From: Candidatus Dormiibacterota bacterium
Lineage (GTDB): Bacteria; Chloroflexota; Dormibacteria; Aeolococcales; Bog-877
Length of the DNA stretch: 64,000 nucleotides
Direction of reading: 5' to 3'
Assembly: GCA_027306885.1 (NCBI GenBank)
Contig: DAHUYV010000012.1
Location: 10,565-74,564 of the forward strand
Part shown: one piece after another, positions 27,883-36,727 of the stretch
How positions within the stretch are numbered: the first letter of the stretch is position 1
How the letters are laid out: every line of letters begins with the position of its first letter
Translations under genes and position numbers: made by a program
Notes under the pieces: generated by a model
Told to the model about the DNA's origin: nothing
The model's input: only the letters and a program-made list of their open reading frames with translations
Databases searched by the model: none

Positions 27883-29826
27883 TCAGGAGAACGCGTAGTA
27901 CTGCGGGTACAGCTCGTCGAAGATTCCCTGGTGCTCAAGCCCCGTGAGGTTGCTCTTGTACATGGTGAGCTGGTAGGGGGTGGTGGGCATGTAGACCACC
28001 GGCAGCTGCTTGGCGAGGTAGTCCTCGTAGGTGAACAGCGCCTTGAGCTCGGCCGTGTCGTTGGCCGCCGTGTGGGTGGCCTTGATGTTGGCGTCGTTGG
28101 TGGTATCGCTGTAGTCGCCGGCGTTGCTCGATGCGCCGGTGCCCAGGATCTCGCCTCCGGTCGGGAAGTAGTCAGGTGAGTACACCCAGCCACCGCCCCA
28201 GTTGGCCATGTCCCACCCGTTGCAGGGCGACGAGAAGGTGCAGCCGTTGAAGGCGGTGCCGATCACCTGCTGGAACGGCGCGGTCGAGAGGGTGATCTTG
28301 ATGCCGGCCACCTGCTGGGCGGTCGACTGGAGAGCTGTCATCTCGTTGGTCAGGGCGACCGATCCCTGCGCGTACAGGAGTCGGAAGTTGAGCTGCGCTC
28401 CGTTGGCGATCCCCTGGCCACACTCGTCCGACGCGGTGCCGGGCTTGGTGCAGGTGCTCACGCCGCCGGCGTTTACGGTCCAGCCGTGGGCCTTGAGAAG
28501 GCCCACTGCCTTGCTGGCGCTGTACGGGTAGACCTGGCCGCCGCCCTCAAGCGGGCTGACGTCGGGGTTGTGCAGGGGGTAGGTCGGGACGGGCCCGTTG
28601 GTGGCCACCCCATAGCCGGCCAGGAAGTCGGATATGTACTGCGGCTGGTTGACCAGCGACTGGAAGGCCTGCCGGAAGTACAGCTGCTTCATGATCGGGC
28701 CGGTCGTCGGCTCGGTGAAGTTGTACGGGAAGTAGGTGAAGCCGAAGCTGTACCACGGGTTGAAGGTGTAGCCGCTCTTCTCGAGAAGCGCCTTCTGGCT
28801 GATGTCCTGGGTCGGGATGTACCCGATGGTCAGGGAACCCGCCTTGAGGGCGTTGAACTCCGCGGTGTCGGAGGTGAACGGCTCCTCGATGAAGGCCGAG
28901 ATGGTGGGCTTGGGGCTACCGGAGTAGCTCTTGTTGGGGACCATCTTGGCGTAGCCGGCCGTGGTGTAGGCGTTCAGAACGAAGGGACCGCTGACCACCT
29001 GCCAGAGCGGGTTGGTGGCGTAGGTGCCCAGGGTCTGGGACTGGCTGTTGATGAACTGGGCCACACCCAGCGCCCCGCTGGTCCCGTTGCCCGGGTTGGT
29101 CGGCACGTACTCGGCGGGCGAGGTGTTGGGAAGGGTAGTCCTGGCCTCCGCCCCGGCGTCGTAGTTGCCGATCGGTCCACTGGCGGACAGCTCATCCCAC
29201 GCCTGCTGCGGCAGGGGGGTGATCTGGCTCAGCTCGTTGTAGAGGAACCAGCGCGGGTTGTAGGAGCTGTTCAGCGTCATGTGGAGCGAGTAGGTCCCGG
29301 TCGCCTGGTAGCTGACCACGTTCTGCGGGAACGCGCCAGGCACCGCCGCACCCCATCCGGGGCCGGGGGCGCTGCTGCTGCCGACCGCGGGCGCGTTGGG
29401 GTCAGTCGCCGCGGAGAGCAGGTTGAGCCAGAAGACCACGTCCCGGGCGGTGATCGGCTTGCCGTTCGACCACACCCAGTGCTTCAGGGTGATGCTGACC
29501 TCGGTGTTGTTGTTGGAGAAGACCGGCTGGTTGCCGATGCTCAACTGCGCATTGAACACGGGGTCCGAGGTGTTGTTCCCGAACCAGAAGAGGGGGACGT
29601 ACATCAGCTGGGAGAAGTCCGAGAGGTTGGTGACGCTGAAATAGGTCCCGCTTGCCATCGGGAAGATGTAGCTGGGCGGCGCGCTCGGCCCCTCGGCGAA
29701 GGTCACCGTGCCGCCGGTGGTGGTCTTCGGGGTGGTGGTGGTTCCCCCGCAGGCGGCCACGAAGAGGGCCGTCACCGCGGCCACCCCCGCAAGTCGCCAG
29801 AACGAGAGTTTTGGAATGTGTCTCAC
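27883..29826 (-). CDS. ABC transporter substrate-binding lipoprotein, family 5 (oligopeptide/dipeptide/nickel)
   Basis: Signal peptide with lipobox (VAACGG); ~620-aa SBP_bac_5 domain; upstream of the two permease genes. Confidence 0.85.
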   Translation of the reverse strand: MRHIPKLSFWRLAGVAAVTALFVAACGGTTTTPKTTTGGTVTFAEGPSAPPSYIFPMASGTYFSVTNLSDFSQLMYVPLFWFGNNTSDPVFNAQLSIGNQPVFSNNNTEVSITLKHWVWSNGKPITARDVVFWLNLLSAATDPNAPAVGSSSAPGPGWGAAVPGAFPQNVVSYQATGTYSLHMTLNSSYNPRWFLYNELSQITPLPQQAWDELSASGPIGNYDAGAEARTTLPNTSPAEYVPTNPGNGTSGALGVAQFINSQSQTLGTYATNPLWQVVSGPFVLNAYTTAGYAKMVPNKSYSGSPKPTISAFIEEPFTSDTAEFNALKAGSLTIGYIPTQDISQKALLEKSGYTFNPWYSFGFTYFPYNFTEPTTGPIMKQLYFRQAFQSLVNQPQYISDFLAGYGVATNGPVPTYPLHNPDVSPLEGGGQVYPYSASKAVGLLKAHGWTVNAGGVSTCTKPGTASDECGQGIANGAQLNFRLLYAQGSVALTNEMTALQSTAQQVAGIKITLSTAPFQQVIGTAFNGCTFSSPCNGWDMANWGGGWVYSPDYFPTGGEILGTGASSNAGDYSDTTNDANIKATHTAANDTAELKALFTYEDYLAKQLPVVYMPTTPYQLTMYKSNLTGLEHQGIFDELYPQYYAFS

Positions 29827-29939
29827 TGCCGTCTGTATCCTCCTGTGCCCTGATCCTTCCGCGCCGCCGTGGGGCGACGAAGCACGCGGGCCCCTAACCC
29901 ACGTGGTGGAGAGATCTTAGGCACCCGCTCCTCCCCCCG

Positions 29940-30581
29940 TCATCCCCCATCAGTCTGATTTGCCGGCGGCTCCAGCTCCAAATCGCGGGGCAGGAGCCCC
30001 CGGCGCCAGGCCCTCAGGACCGCGCCGGCACGGTCGCTGGCGCCCAGCTTGGAGAGGATGTGGCTGACGTGGGTCTTGACGGTGTGCTCGCTGAGGAACA
30101 GCCGCTGGGCGATCTCCCGATTGGTCATCTCCCGCGCCATGCACGAGAGAACCTCAAGCTCCCGCTGGCTCACCGTCGCCGCCTCGGTGCCCGCCTCCGG
30201 ACGGTCCAGGAGCGACTCGCCGGCCGCCACCCGGCGGATCACCTGGGTCAGCTCAGCGCGGGAGACGTCCTTCAGCAGGTAGCCAGCGGCCCCGGCCCGA
30301 AAGCTGGGGACGACGTAGTTCTCGTGCCCGAAGGTGGTGAGCATCACGACCCGGGAGCCGGGGCAGCGGTTCATGATCTCCCGGAGGGCGTCGATCCCGT
30401 CCTGGACCGGCATCTGCACGTCCATGAGGACGACGTCGGGACGCAGCTCCAGCGTCGCGGCCACCGCGGCCGCCCCGTCGGCCACATCAGCCACCACCTC
30501 CAGGTCCGCCTCCGCCTCGAGCATCGCGCACAGCCCCTGGCGGACAACCGGGTGGTCGTCGGCCACCAGCACCCGGATCAC
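29940..30581 (-). CDS. NarL/LuxR-family response regulator
   Basis: Receiver (VLVADDHPVVRQGL...DVVLMDVQMP) plus LuxR-type HTH (LTNREIAQRLFLSEHTVKTHVSHILSKLG); GTG start at 30581 overlaps the kinase stop (GTGA). Confidence 0.8.
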   Translation of the reverse strand: MIRVLVADDHPVVRQGLCAMLEAEADLEVVADVADGAAAVAATLELRPDVVLMDVQMPVQDGIDALREIMNRCPGSRVVMLTTFGHENYVVPSFRAGAAGYLLKDVSRAELTQVIRRVAAGESLLDRPEAGTEAATVSQRELEVLSCMAREMTNREIAQRLFLSEHTVKTHVSHILSKLGASDRAGAVLRAWRRGLLPRDLELEPPANQTDGG

Positions 30582-33118
30582 CGCGCCACCTCGGCCTCGG
30601 GGAAGGGCAAGGAGATGGTCACGCGGGTGCCCTTGCCGGGGTGGCTCTTGAGATCCATCTGCCCGCCCGAGGCGGCGGCCCGCTCCCGCATCGAGGTGAT
30701 CCCAAAGCTCCCCTCCCGCGGCGGAGCGGCGGGGTCGAAACCCTGGCCATCGTCGGTGACCGCCACCTGCAGGTGCCGGTCGCGCCGGGTCAGCTCGACG
30801 GTCACCTCCTGGGGGTGGCCGTGACGCACCGCGTTGCCCACCGCCTCGCGGACGATCCGGAACACCGCCACCTCGATCTGGGCGGGTAGGGCGAGCCCCT
30901 TGAGGCCCCGGACTCGCAGGCTGGTCTGCACCCCGGTCCGCTCCCGGACCCGGGTCAGCTCGTCGCGCACCGCCCCGGCCAGCCCGGCGCGCTGCAGCAT
31001 CTCCGGGCGCAGGTCCCAAACCGAGCGCCGCGCCTCCTGGAGGCTGGAGCGGGCGAGGTCGGTCGCCTGCTCCAGGGCGTCCTGGACCCTCAACGGCTCT
31101 TTGCCCAGCCAGGCATCGGCGGCCTGGAGCTGGACGATGATCCCGGCCAGCCCCTGGGCCAGGGTGTCGTGGATCTCCCGGGCGATCCGGTTGCGCTCGT
31201 TGATGGTGGCGAGTTCCTGGGTGTCGACGAAGAGCTGGGCGTTGCGCAGGGCCAGCCCGAGCTGGCCGCCCACCACCTCCAGGAGCTCGATCTGGCGCCG
31301 CTCGAAGGGACGGGGCCCCCTGAGCACCAGCAGCCCCACATCCACCCCGCCGGCGGTCAGCGGGTGCACCAGGATGTCGGCGGTGGCCATCGGCGCCGGC
31401 GGGGCCTCGGAGGGCGCCGGCGGGGCCTCCGACTCGGGACCGGCCCGCCCCACCAGCCGCAGGCCCGAGGGGTCCAGCCCGTCAGCGACATAGATCCAGA
31501 CTCCAGGCAGGCTCCACACTCGCTGGAGTTGGGCAGCGGCCGCGGTCGCCAGTTCGGCGACCACCAGGGATTGTCCCAACTCCGAGGTGAGGCTGTTGAG
31601 GGTGCTCAGCTCCTGGTTGCGCTGGGTGAGCTCAGCGGTGCGCTCGCGGACGCGCCGCTCCAGCTCCTCTCTGGCGGTCTCGATCTGGCTCCGCTGAACC
31701 GACAACCTCCGGCGCAGCCCGTCCAGGCTCAGCTCCAGCCCCCCCACCTCGTCCACCGGCCCATCGCTCACCGCCACGGCGGTCTCCAGGTCGCCCTGGG
31801 CCAGCCGCTCCGACGCCGCCTGGAGCCGGGTGAGCGGAGCCAGCAGCCTACGGCTGATGAGGTTGGTGAAGAACAGCACCAAACCGGTGAGCAGGAGGAG
31901 GACCGGGATCAGCAGCGCCATGGCGCCCTCCAGCCCCCGGGAGATGTCCTGGGAGAGGCCCACCACGCTGGCGTCCAGGCCAGAGACCGGCACTGCCACC
32001 CCGTAGCTCCAGCGGCTCGTCGGCAGCGGGCTGTAGAAGACCTCCACCGGGTCCCCGGCCAGGGTGATCCGGCCCGAGCCCTGCAGTCCGAGGCTCATCT
32101 CGGTCGCCACCGGAAGCCAGGGGTTCCCCCGCTGGGTGAGGCTGACCGACTGGGTGCGGTGGCTGCTGTTCTTCAGACCCAGCGCCGCGGTTCCCCCCTG
32201 GCCGACAGAGATCACATCGCCCTGGGGGCTGAGGAGGAAGCCGTAGCTGCCCTCGGCGCTTCCCGGGGGACCGGCCAGAAACGCGGACACCAGGCTGCTC
32301 ACCGTTATGTTGGCGCCCACCTGGAACTCCACCCCACCCGGGGTGGTGCCCTGGGTCGCCACGGTCACCGTCGGACCTCCGGCCAGCGGGTTCTCATACA
32401 CCGGGGTCCACACCGCGGTCTGGGGGGATTGGGCGATCAGCTGGCGCCAGGCGGCCGACTGGAGCTGGTCGGCGGCCGCCTCCTCGGCGATCCCCGCCTG
32501 GTAGACGGAGGCCGAAGGCAGCAGCTGCTCGAAGGCTGAGCCGCTGGCCCCTCCCAGCGCCCGCCCCGGCGACACCGCCAGCAGCCCGCTCTGGGGCAGG
32601 TTGAGCCACGCCTGGGCGACCTCGTGATGCAGGGTGGAGATGAGCGTCATCTGCGCCGCGAGGTCGCGAAGCCCGAGCACCAGGGTGCCTGGATGGGCGG
32701 CTCCGGCGCCGGGGCCAAGGATGGTCACCTGCGCTGTCTGGTCCGGCTGGAGCTGGCCCGAACCGGGGGACGCCAGCTCCGCGGCCGCGGCCTTGCCCAC
32801 CAGGGCCACCTGCTCTTCGATCGACGCCAGCTCGTCGTTGACCAGCGCCGCCTTGCTCTGGACCAGCGCCTCCAGATGGGCCCCCTGCTGGGCGACCAGC
32901 TGCTGGTTGGCGGTGCCCAGGGCACCCGAGTTAAGCCCCTCGAGGGCCCCCAGGCCGGCGGCGCTCACCGCGGCCAGGGGGATCACCGACACCGCCAGCA
33001 TGGCGGTGAGGATCCGCCCGCGGATGGGCAGCCTCTGCCAACGCGCCGCCGGCAAACGCGCCAGGCGCCTCCATCTCCCACCGCTCTGGCTCGGAGCGCT
33101 CACCCCGCGGTCTCCCAT
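30578..33118 (-). CDS. Sensor histidine kinase, NarL-partner type (TM - ~340-aa Cache-like periplasmic domain - TM - HAMP - GAF - HisKA_3 - HATPase)
   Basis: H-box REIHDTLAQ (HisKA_3), HATPase N/G boxes (REAVGNAVRHG, DDGQGF, GFGITSMRER); start reassigned to the ATG at 33118 (MGDRGVS, GGTGGAGG SD) because the upstream track extension overlaps the divergent glycerate kinase. Confidence 0.8.
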   Translation of the reverse strand: MGDRGVSAPSQSGGRWRRLARLPAARWQRLPIRGRILTAMLAVSVIPLAAVSAAGLGALEGLNSGALGTANQQLVAQQGAHLEALVQSKAALVNDELASIEEQVALVGKAAAAELASPGSGQLQPDQTAQVTILGPGAGAAHPGTLVLGLRDLAAQMTLISTLHHEVAQAWLNLPQSGLLAVSPGRALGGASGSAFEQLLPSASVYQAGIAEEAAADQLQSAAWRQLIAQSPQTAVWTPVYENPLAGGPTVTVATQGTTPGGVEFQVGANITVSSLVSAFLAGPPGSAEGSYGFLLSPQGDVISVGQGGTAALGLKNSSHRTQSVSLTQRGNPWLPVATEMSLGLQGSGRITLAGDPVEVFYSPLPTSRWSYGVAVPVSGLDASVVGLSQDISRGLEGAMALLIPVLLLLTGLVLFFTNLISRRLLAPLTRLQAASERLAQGDLETAVAVSDGPVDEVGGLELSLDGLRRRLSVQRSQIETAREELERRVRERTAELTQRNQELSTLNSLTSELGQSLVVAELATAAAAQLQRVWSLPGVWIYVADGLDPSGLRLVGRAGPESEAPPAPSEAPPAPMATADILVHPLTAGGVDVGLLVLRGPRPFERRQIELLEVVGGQLGLALRNAQLFVDTQELATINERNRIAREIHDTLAQGLAGIIVQLQAADAWLGKEPLRVQDALEQATDLARSSLQEARRSVWDLRPEMLQRAGLAGAVRDELTRVRERTGVQTSLRVRGLKGLALPAQIEVAVFRIVREAVGNAVRHGHPQEVTVELTRRDRHLQVAVTDDGQGFDPAAPPREGSFGITSMRERAAASGGQMDLKSHPGKGTRVTISLPFPEAEVAR

Positions 33119-33185
33119 GCCTCCACCGGAGTGGTCATGGTACGACTGAACCACAGGACACGTCCCCTGCGCCACCATTCTCCAC

Positions 33186-34394
33186 ATGCTCGGGACCGGC
33201 TTTGGACCAGTTCTGGTCGCGCCCACCGCGTTCAAGGGGACCCTCAGCGCGGAGGCGGCGGCGCGGGCGATCGCGGCCGGGGTGGGGGCGGCGTGGCCGG
33301 CGGTCGAGGTCAACGTTCTGCCTCTCTCGGATGGCGGGGACGGCTTCCTCTCCGCGCTGCTGGCCTCGGGTCGGGGCCGGCGCCGCTGGCACTCGGTCCG
33401 CGACGCCCTGGGACGGCCCCACCGAGCCCCGCTCGGGTGGCTCGGGGCCCAGCGGACCGCCGTCTTGGAGCTGGCCCTGGCGGTGGGCATCGGTGACGTC
33501 TGGCCCCCCTCCCCGCGCAGCGCCGCGGTAAGTGGCACCTTCGGGCTCGGCGAGCTGCTGAGGGCGGCGCTCGATCGGGCACCGGCGCGGATCCTGGTGG
33601 GGCTCGGGGGGAGCGCATCCACCGATGGCGGTGCCGGCCTGGCGGAGGCTCTCGGGTACCGGCTTCTCGACGCCGGGGGGAGGGAGCTGCCGGCGGGGGG
33701 AGCGGCGCTCCGGCGGCTGGAGCGGATCGAGGGCCGGGGCCGCGACCCGCGCCTGGCCCAGGTGGAGATCGTCGCGGCCTGCGATGTGTCCGCTCCACTC
33801 CTCGGACCGGGCGGCGCCGCCCCGACCTTCGGTCCGCAGAAGGGCGCCGACCCCGCCACCGTGGCCCGGCTGGCGCAGGGGCTGAGCCGGCTGGCACAGG
33901 TGGCGGAGCGGGACCTCGGTGGGGCCGGCCTGGCGGGGCTCCCGGGTGCCGGCGCCGCTGGCGGGGCCGGTTTCGGGCTGGCCGCCTTCGCCGGTGCCAA
34001 GCTGGTCAAAGGGGCCCCCCTGGTGGCGGAGGTGGCCGGCCTTGACCGTCACCTGGAGGTAGCCGGTCTGGTGATCACCGGGGAGGGCCGGTTCGACCTC
34101 CAGAGCCTCCGGGGCAAGGCGGTGGGAGAGGTGTGCCGCCGGGCCAGGGCGGCGGGGGTCGCCTGCCTGGTGGTGGCGGGCGCCGCCGAAAAGCGGGCGG
34201 CGGCGGAGCTGGGGTCGTTGGGGGCCGGGCTGGCGCTCAGCGGCGAGGGCGGTGCCCGTTCGGCGGCCGCGGCCCGGCGCCTGCTCAGTGAGGCGGTGCG
34301 CGACGCGTGCTTGGAGCCGAAGTCGGAGTGGCGGTGGCCGGAGTTCAGTACACCGGCAGGCACCACTCCCGGTACTTCTCCACCTCCCCCATGA
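33186..34394 (+). CDS. Glycerate kinase (GarK/GlxK family)
   Basis: LVAPTAFKGTLSA, GLGGSASTDGG, LVITGEGRFD motifs. Confidence 0.8.
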   Translation: MLGTGFGPVLVAPTAFKGTLSAEAAARAIAAGVGAAWPAVEVNVLPLSDGGDGFLSALLASGRGRRRWHSVRDALGRPHRAPLGWLGAQRTAVLELALAVGIGDVWPPSPRSAAVSGTFGLGELLRAALDRAPARILVGLGGSASTDGGAGLAEALGYRLLDAGGRELPAGGAALRRLERIEGRGRDPRLAQVEIVAACDVSAPLLGPGGAAPTFGPQKGADPATVARLAQGLSRLAQVAERDLGGAGLAGLPGAGAAGGAGFGLAAFAGAKLVKGAPLVAEVAGLDRHLEVAGLVITGEGRFDLQSLRGKAVGEVCRRARAAGVACLVVAGAAEKRAAAELGSLGAGLALSGEGGARSAAAARRLLSEAVRDACLEPKSEWRWPEFSTPAGTTPGTSPPPP

Positions 34395-35334
34395 TCACCT
34401 TGGAGTAGAGCCGGCCCAGGGCCTCGCTGTAGGGCCCGATCCGCCCGCTGCCCACCGTCCTCCGGTCGACCTCCACCACCGGGGTGAACTGGGCCCCGGT
34501 GCCGCAGAGGAAGACCTCGTCGGCGATGTACAGCTCGGTGCGATCGATGGAGCGCTCGACCACCGGGAGGCCGAGGTCCTCGCTCCAGAGCTGCATCAGG
34601 GTGGAGCGGGTGATCCCCTCCAGGATGTTGTCGGAGACCGACGGGGTGATCAGGGTGCCCTTGCGGACGATGAACAGGTTCTCGGCGGAGCCCTCGCTGA
34701 CGTGCCCGTCCTGGCCCAGCACGATCGCCTCGTCGTAGCCGTTCTCCACCGCCTCGCTCTTGGCCAGGGCGGCGTTGATGTAGGTGCCGGTGATCTTGGC
34801 CCGCGCTGGCGCGGCGTTGTCATCCACCCGGCGCCAGGAGGAGACCATGCAGCGCACCCCGGCGGCGGCCTCGATGTAGTGCCCGAAGGGCTGGGCGTAG
34901 ACCAGCAGGTCGTGCTCCAGGCCGTGGAGGCGGACCCCGATCTCCTCTGAGGACTTGTAGACGAGGGGCCGGATGTACACGTCGGCGTGGAAGCGGTTGG
35001 CCTGCAGCAGCTCCCGGGTCAGCGCGCAGAGCTGCTCGGTGCTCAGCGGCAGTTTCATCTGGAGGATGTGCGCGGACTGGGCCAGACGGTCGTAGTGCTC
35101 GGCGGCGCGGAAGATGTAGAGCTGGGCGCGGGCCGGGTTCCAATGGGCCCGGATCCCCTCGAAGCAGGCGGTCCCGTAGTGGAGCGCGTGGGTCATGGGA
35201 CCCAGCCCGCACTCGCGATAGGGGCGCAGCTGGCCCCGGAAGTAGACCAGGGCCGAGTCGCGCTCGAAGGGCGCCTCCGGCGCCGCCTGCTCCAGCACCC
35301 CGGTGCCGCCGCCGGTCGTCTCCGCAGCCTCCAT
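34345..35334 (-). CDS. ilvE: Branched-chain amino acid aminotransferase
   Basis: Class IV aminotransferase motifs (YGTACFEGIRA, ENLFIV, EVFLCGTGAQFTPV); start reassigned to the ATG at 35334 (GGAGGA SD). Confidence 0.85.
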   Translation of the reverse strand: MEAAETTGGGTGVLEQAAPEAPFERDSALVYFRGQLRPYRECGLGPMTHALHYGTACFEGIRAHWNPARAQLYIFRAAEHYDRLAQSAHILQMKLPLSTEQLCALTRELLQANRFHADVYIRPLVYKSSEEIGVRLHGLEHDLLVYAQPFGHYIEAAAGVRCMVSSWRRVDDNAAPARAKITGTYINAALAKSEAVENGYDEAIVLGQDGHVSEGSAENLFIVRKGTLITPSVSDNILEGITRSTLMQLWSEDLGLPVVERSIDRTELYIADEVFLCGTGAQFTPVVEVDRRTVGSGRIGPYSEALGRLYSKVIMGEVEKYREWCLPVY

Positions 35335-35437
35335 GGCGTCCTCCCGCAACTGGACCACCTTATGCCGCGGCCAATATAGCTCCCGAGGAAGGCCGGTCCG
35401 GCGGCTGAGTGGGCCGGTGGTACGATCCCGCCACATC

Positions 35438-36724
35438 ATGCGAACGCCACGTCTCAATCTGGGCGTGACGCGCTGGCTGACTCCCGGCCTTCACGTCAAG
35501 CGCTGGCTGGCGGTGACGGTCGTCGCGGTGGTGGCGATCAGCCTTGGCATCAGCTACGCGCTGCGTGACTTCTACCTCCACGCCCGGCTGCCCGCCTTCA
35601 CCTACGGCCTCACCCTTCAGTTCTGGCCCCGGTGGGTGCGCGCCATCCTCTTCGCGGCGGTGGGGCTGGCGCTGCTGGGGATCGGCCTGTACAAGCTCAC
35701 ATCCTCACTGCTCAGCCCCTTCCCGGGGGGCGACAAGACGCTGGTGGAGCGGCTGTACGACTTCCGGCGGCTGAGCAAGGGGCCCCGCATCGTCGCCATC
35801 GGCGGGGGCACCGGCCTCTCCACCCTGCTGCGGGGGATCAAGCGGCACAGCGGCAACGTCACCGCCCTCGTGACCGTGGCCGACGACGGTGGCAGCTCCG
35901 GCCGGCTCCGGGAGGAGTACCGAGTGCTGCCCCCCGGCGACTTCCGTCAGTGCCTCACCGCCCTGGCCGACGTGGAGCCGCTCATGGCCGAGCTGTTCCA
36001 GTACCGCTTCGAGGAGGGCTCCCTCAGCGGCCACTCCTTCGGCAACCTCTTCATCATGGCGATGACGGCGATCACCGGCGACTTCGAGCACGCCATCCGG
36101 GAGTCCGGTCGGGTCCTGGCGGTCCGGGGCCAGATCATCCCCTCCACCCTGGAGAGCGTCACGCTGTGCGCGGTCTCCGGGGAGGACGTGCTGGTGGGCG
36201 AGTCGAACGTGCCCACCGCCAAGGGGCCGATCAGCCAGGTCTTCCTGGTCCCGGAGCACCCCCAGCTGAACCCCGAGGCGGAGTTGGCGCTGCTCAACGC
36301 CGAGATGGTGGTGGTGGGGCCGGGCAGCCTCTACACCAGCCTGCTCCCCAACCTCCTGGTGGATGGGATGGTGGAGACCCTCCGCCGCTCCCCGGCCATC
36401 AAGGTGTACGTCTGCAACGTGGCGACCCAGGCCGGCGAGACCACCAACTTCAGCGTCCACGACCACCTGGAGGTGCTCGACCAATACGTCGGCCCCGGGC
36501 TCTTCGACTTCGTGGTCGCCAACAGCAACCTGGGGCTACCGCTCTCGCCGGCGGCGGTCGAGGCCGGGATCCGCCGCGTTGCCTTCGACCGGCGCCGGCT
36601 GGAGAAGTACGACGGCCGACCGCGCTTCGTCCTGGCCGACCTGGCCAACCCCCGGCTGACCACCCACCACGACCCGGACAAGCTGGCAAAGGTGCTGATG
36701 AAGCGGGTGTGGGGGCGGGCCTGA
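35438..36724 (+). CDS. YvcK/CofD-like (UPF0052, gluconeogenesis-factor family) protein with N-terminal two-TM extension
   Basis: RIVAIGGGTGLSTLLRGIK and downstream CofD-family motifs; ~115-aa hydrophobic N-terminal extension with coding-like GC3. Confidence 0.7.
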   Translation: MRTPRLNLGVTRWLTPGLHVKRWLAVTVVAVVAISLGISYALRDFYLHARLPAFTYGLTLQFWPRWVRAILFAAVGLALLGIGLYKLTSSLLSPFPGGDKTLVERLYDFRRLSKGPRIVAIGGGTGLSTLLRGIKRHSGNVTALVTVADDGGSSGRLREEYRVLPPGDFRQCLTALADVEPLMAELFQYRFEEGSLSGHSFGNLFIMAMTAITGDFEHAIRESGRVLAVRGQIIPSTLESVTLCAVSGEDVLVGESNVPTAKGPISQVFLVPEHPQLNPEAELALLNAEMVVVGPGSLYTSLLPNLLVDGMVETLRRSPAIKVYVCNVATQAGETTNFSVHDHLEVLDQYVGPGLFDFVVANSNLGLPLSPAAVEAGIRRVAFDRRRLEKYDGRPRFVLADLANPRLTTHHDPDKLAKVLMKRVWGRA

Positions 36725-36727
36725 CCG

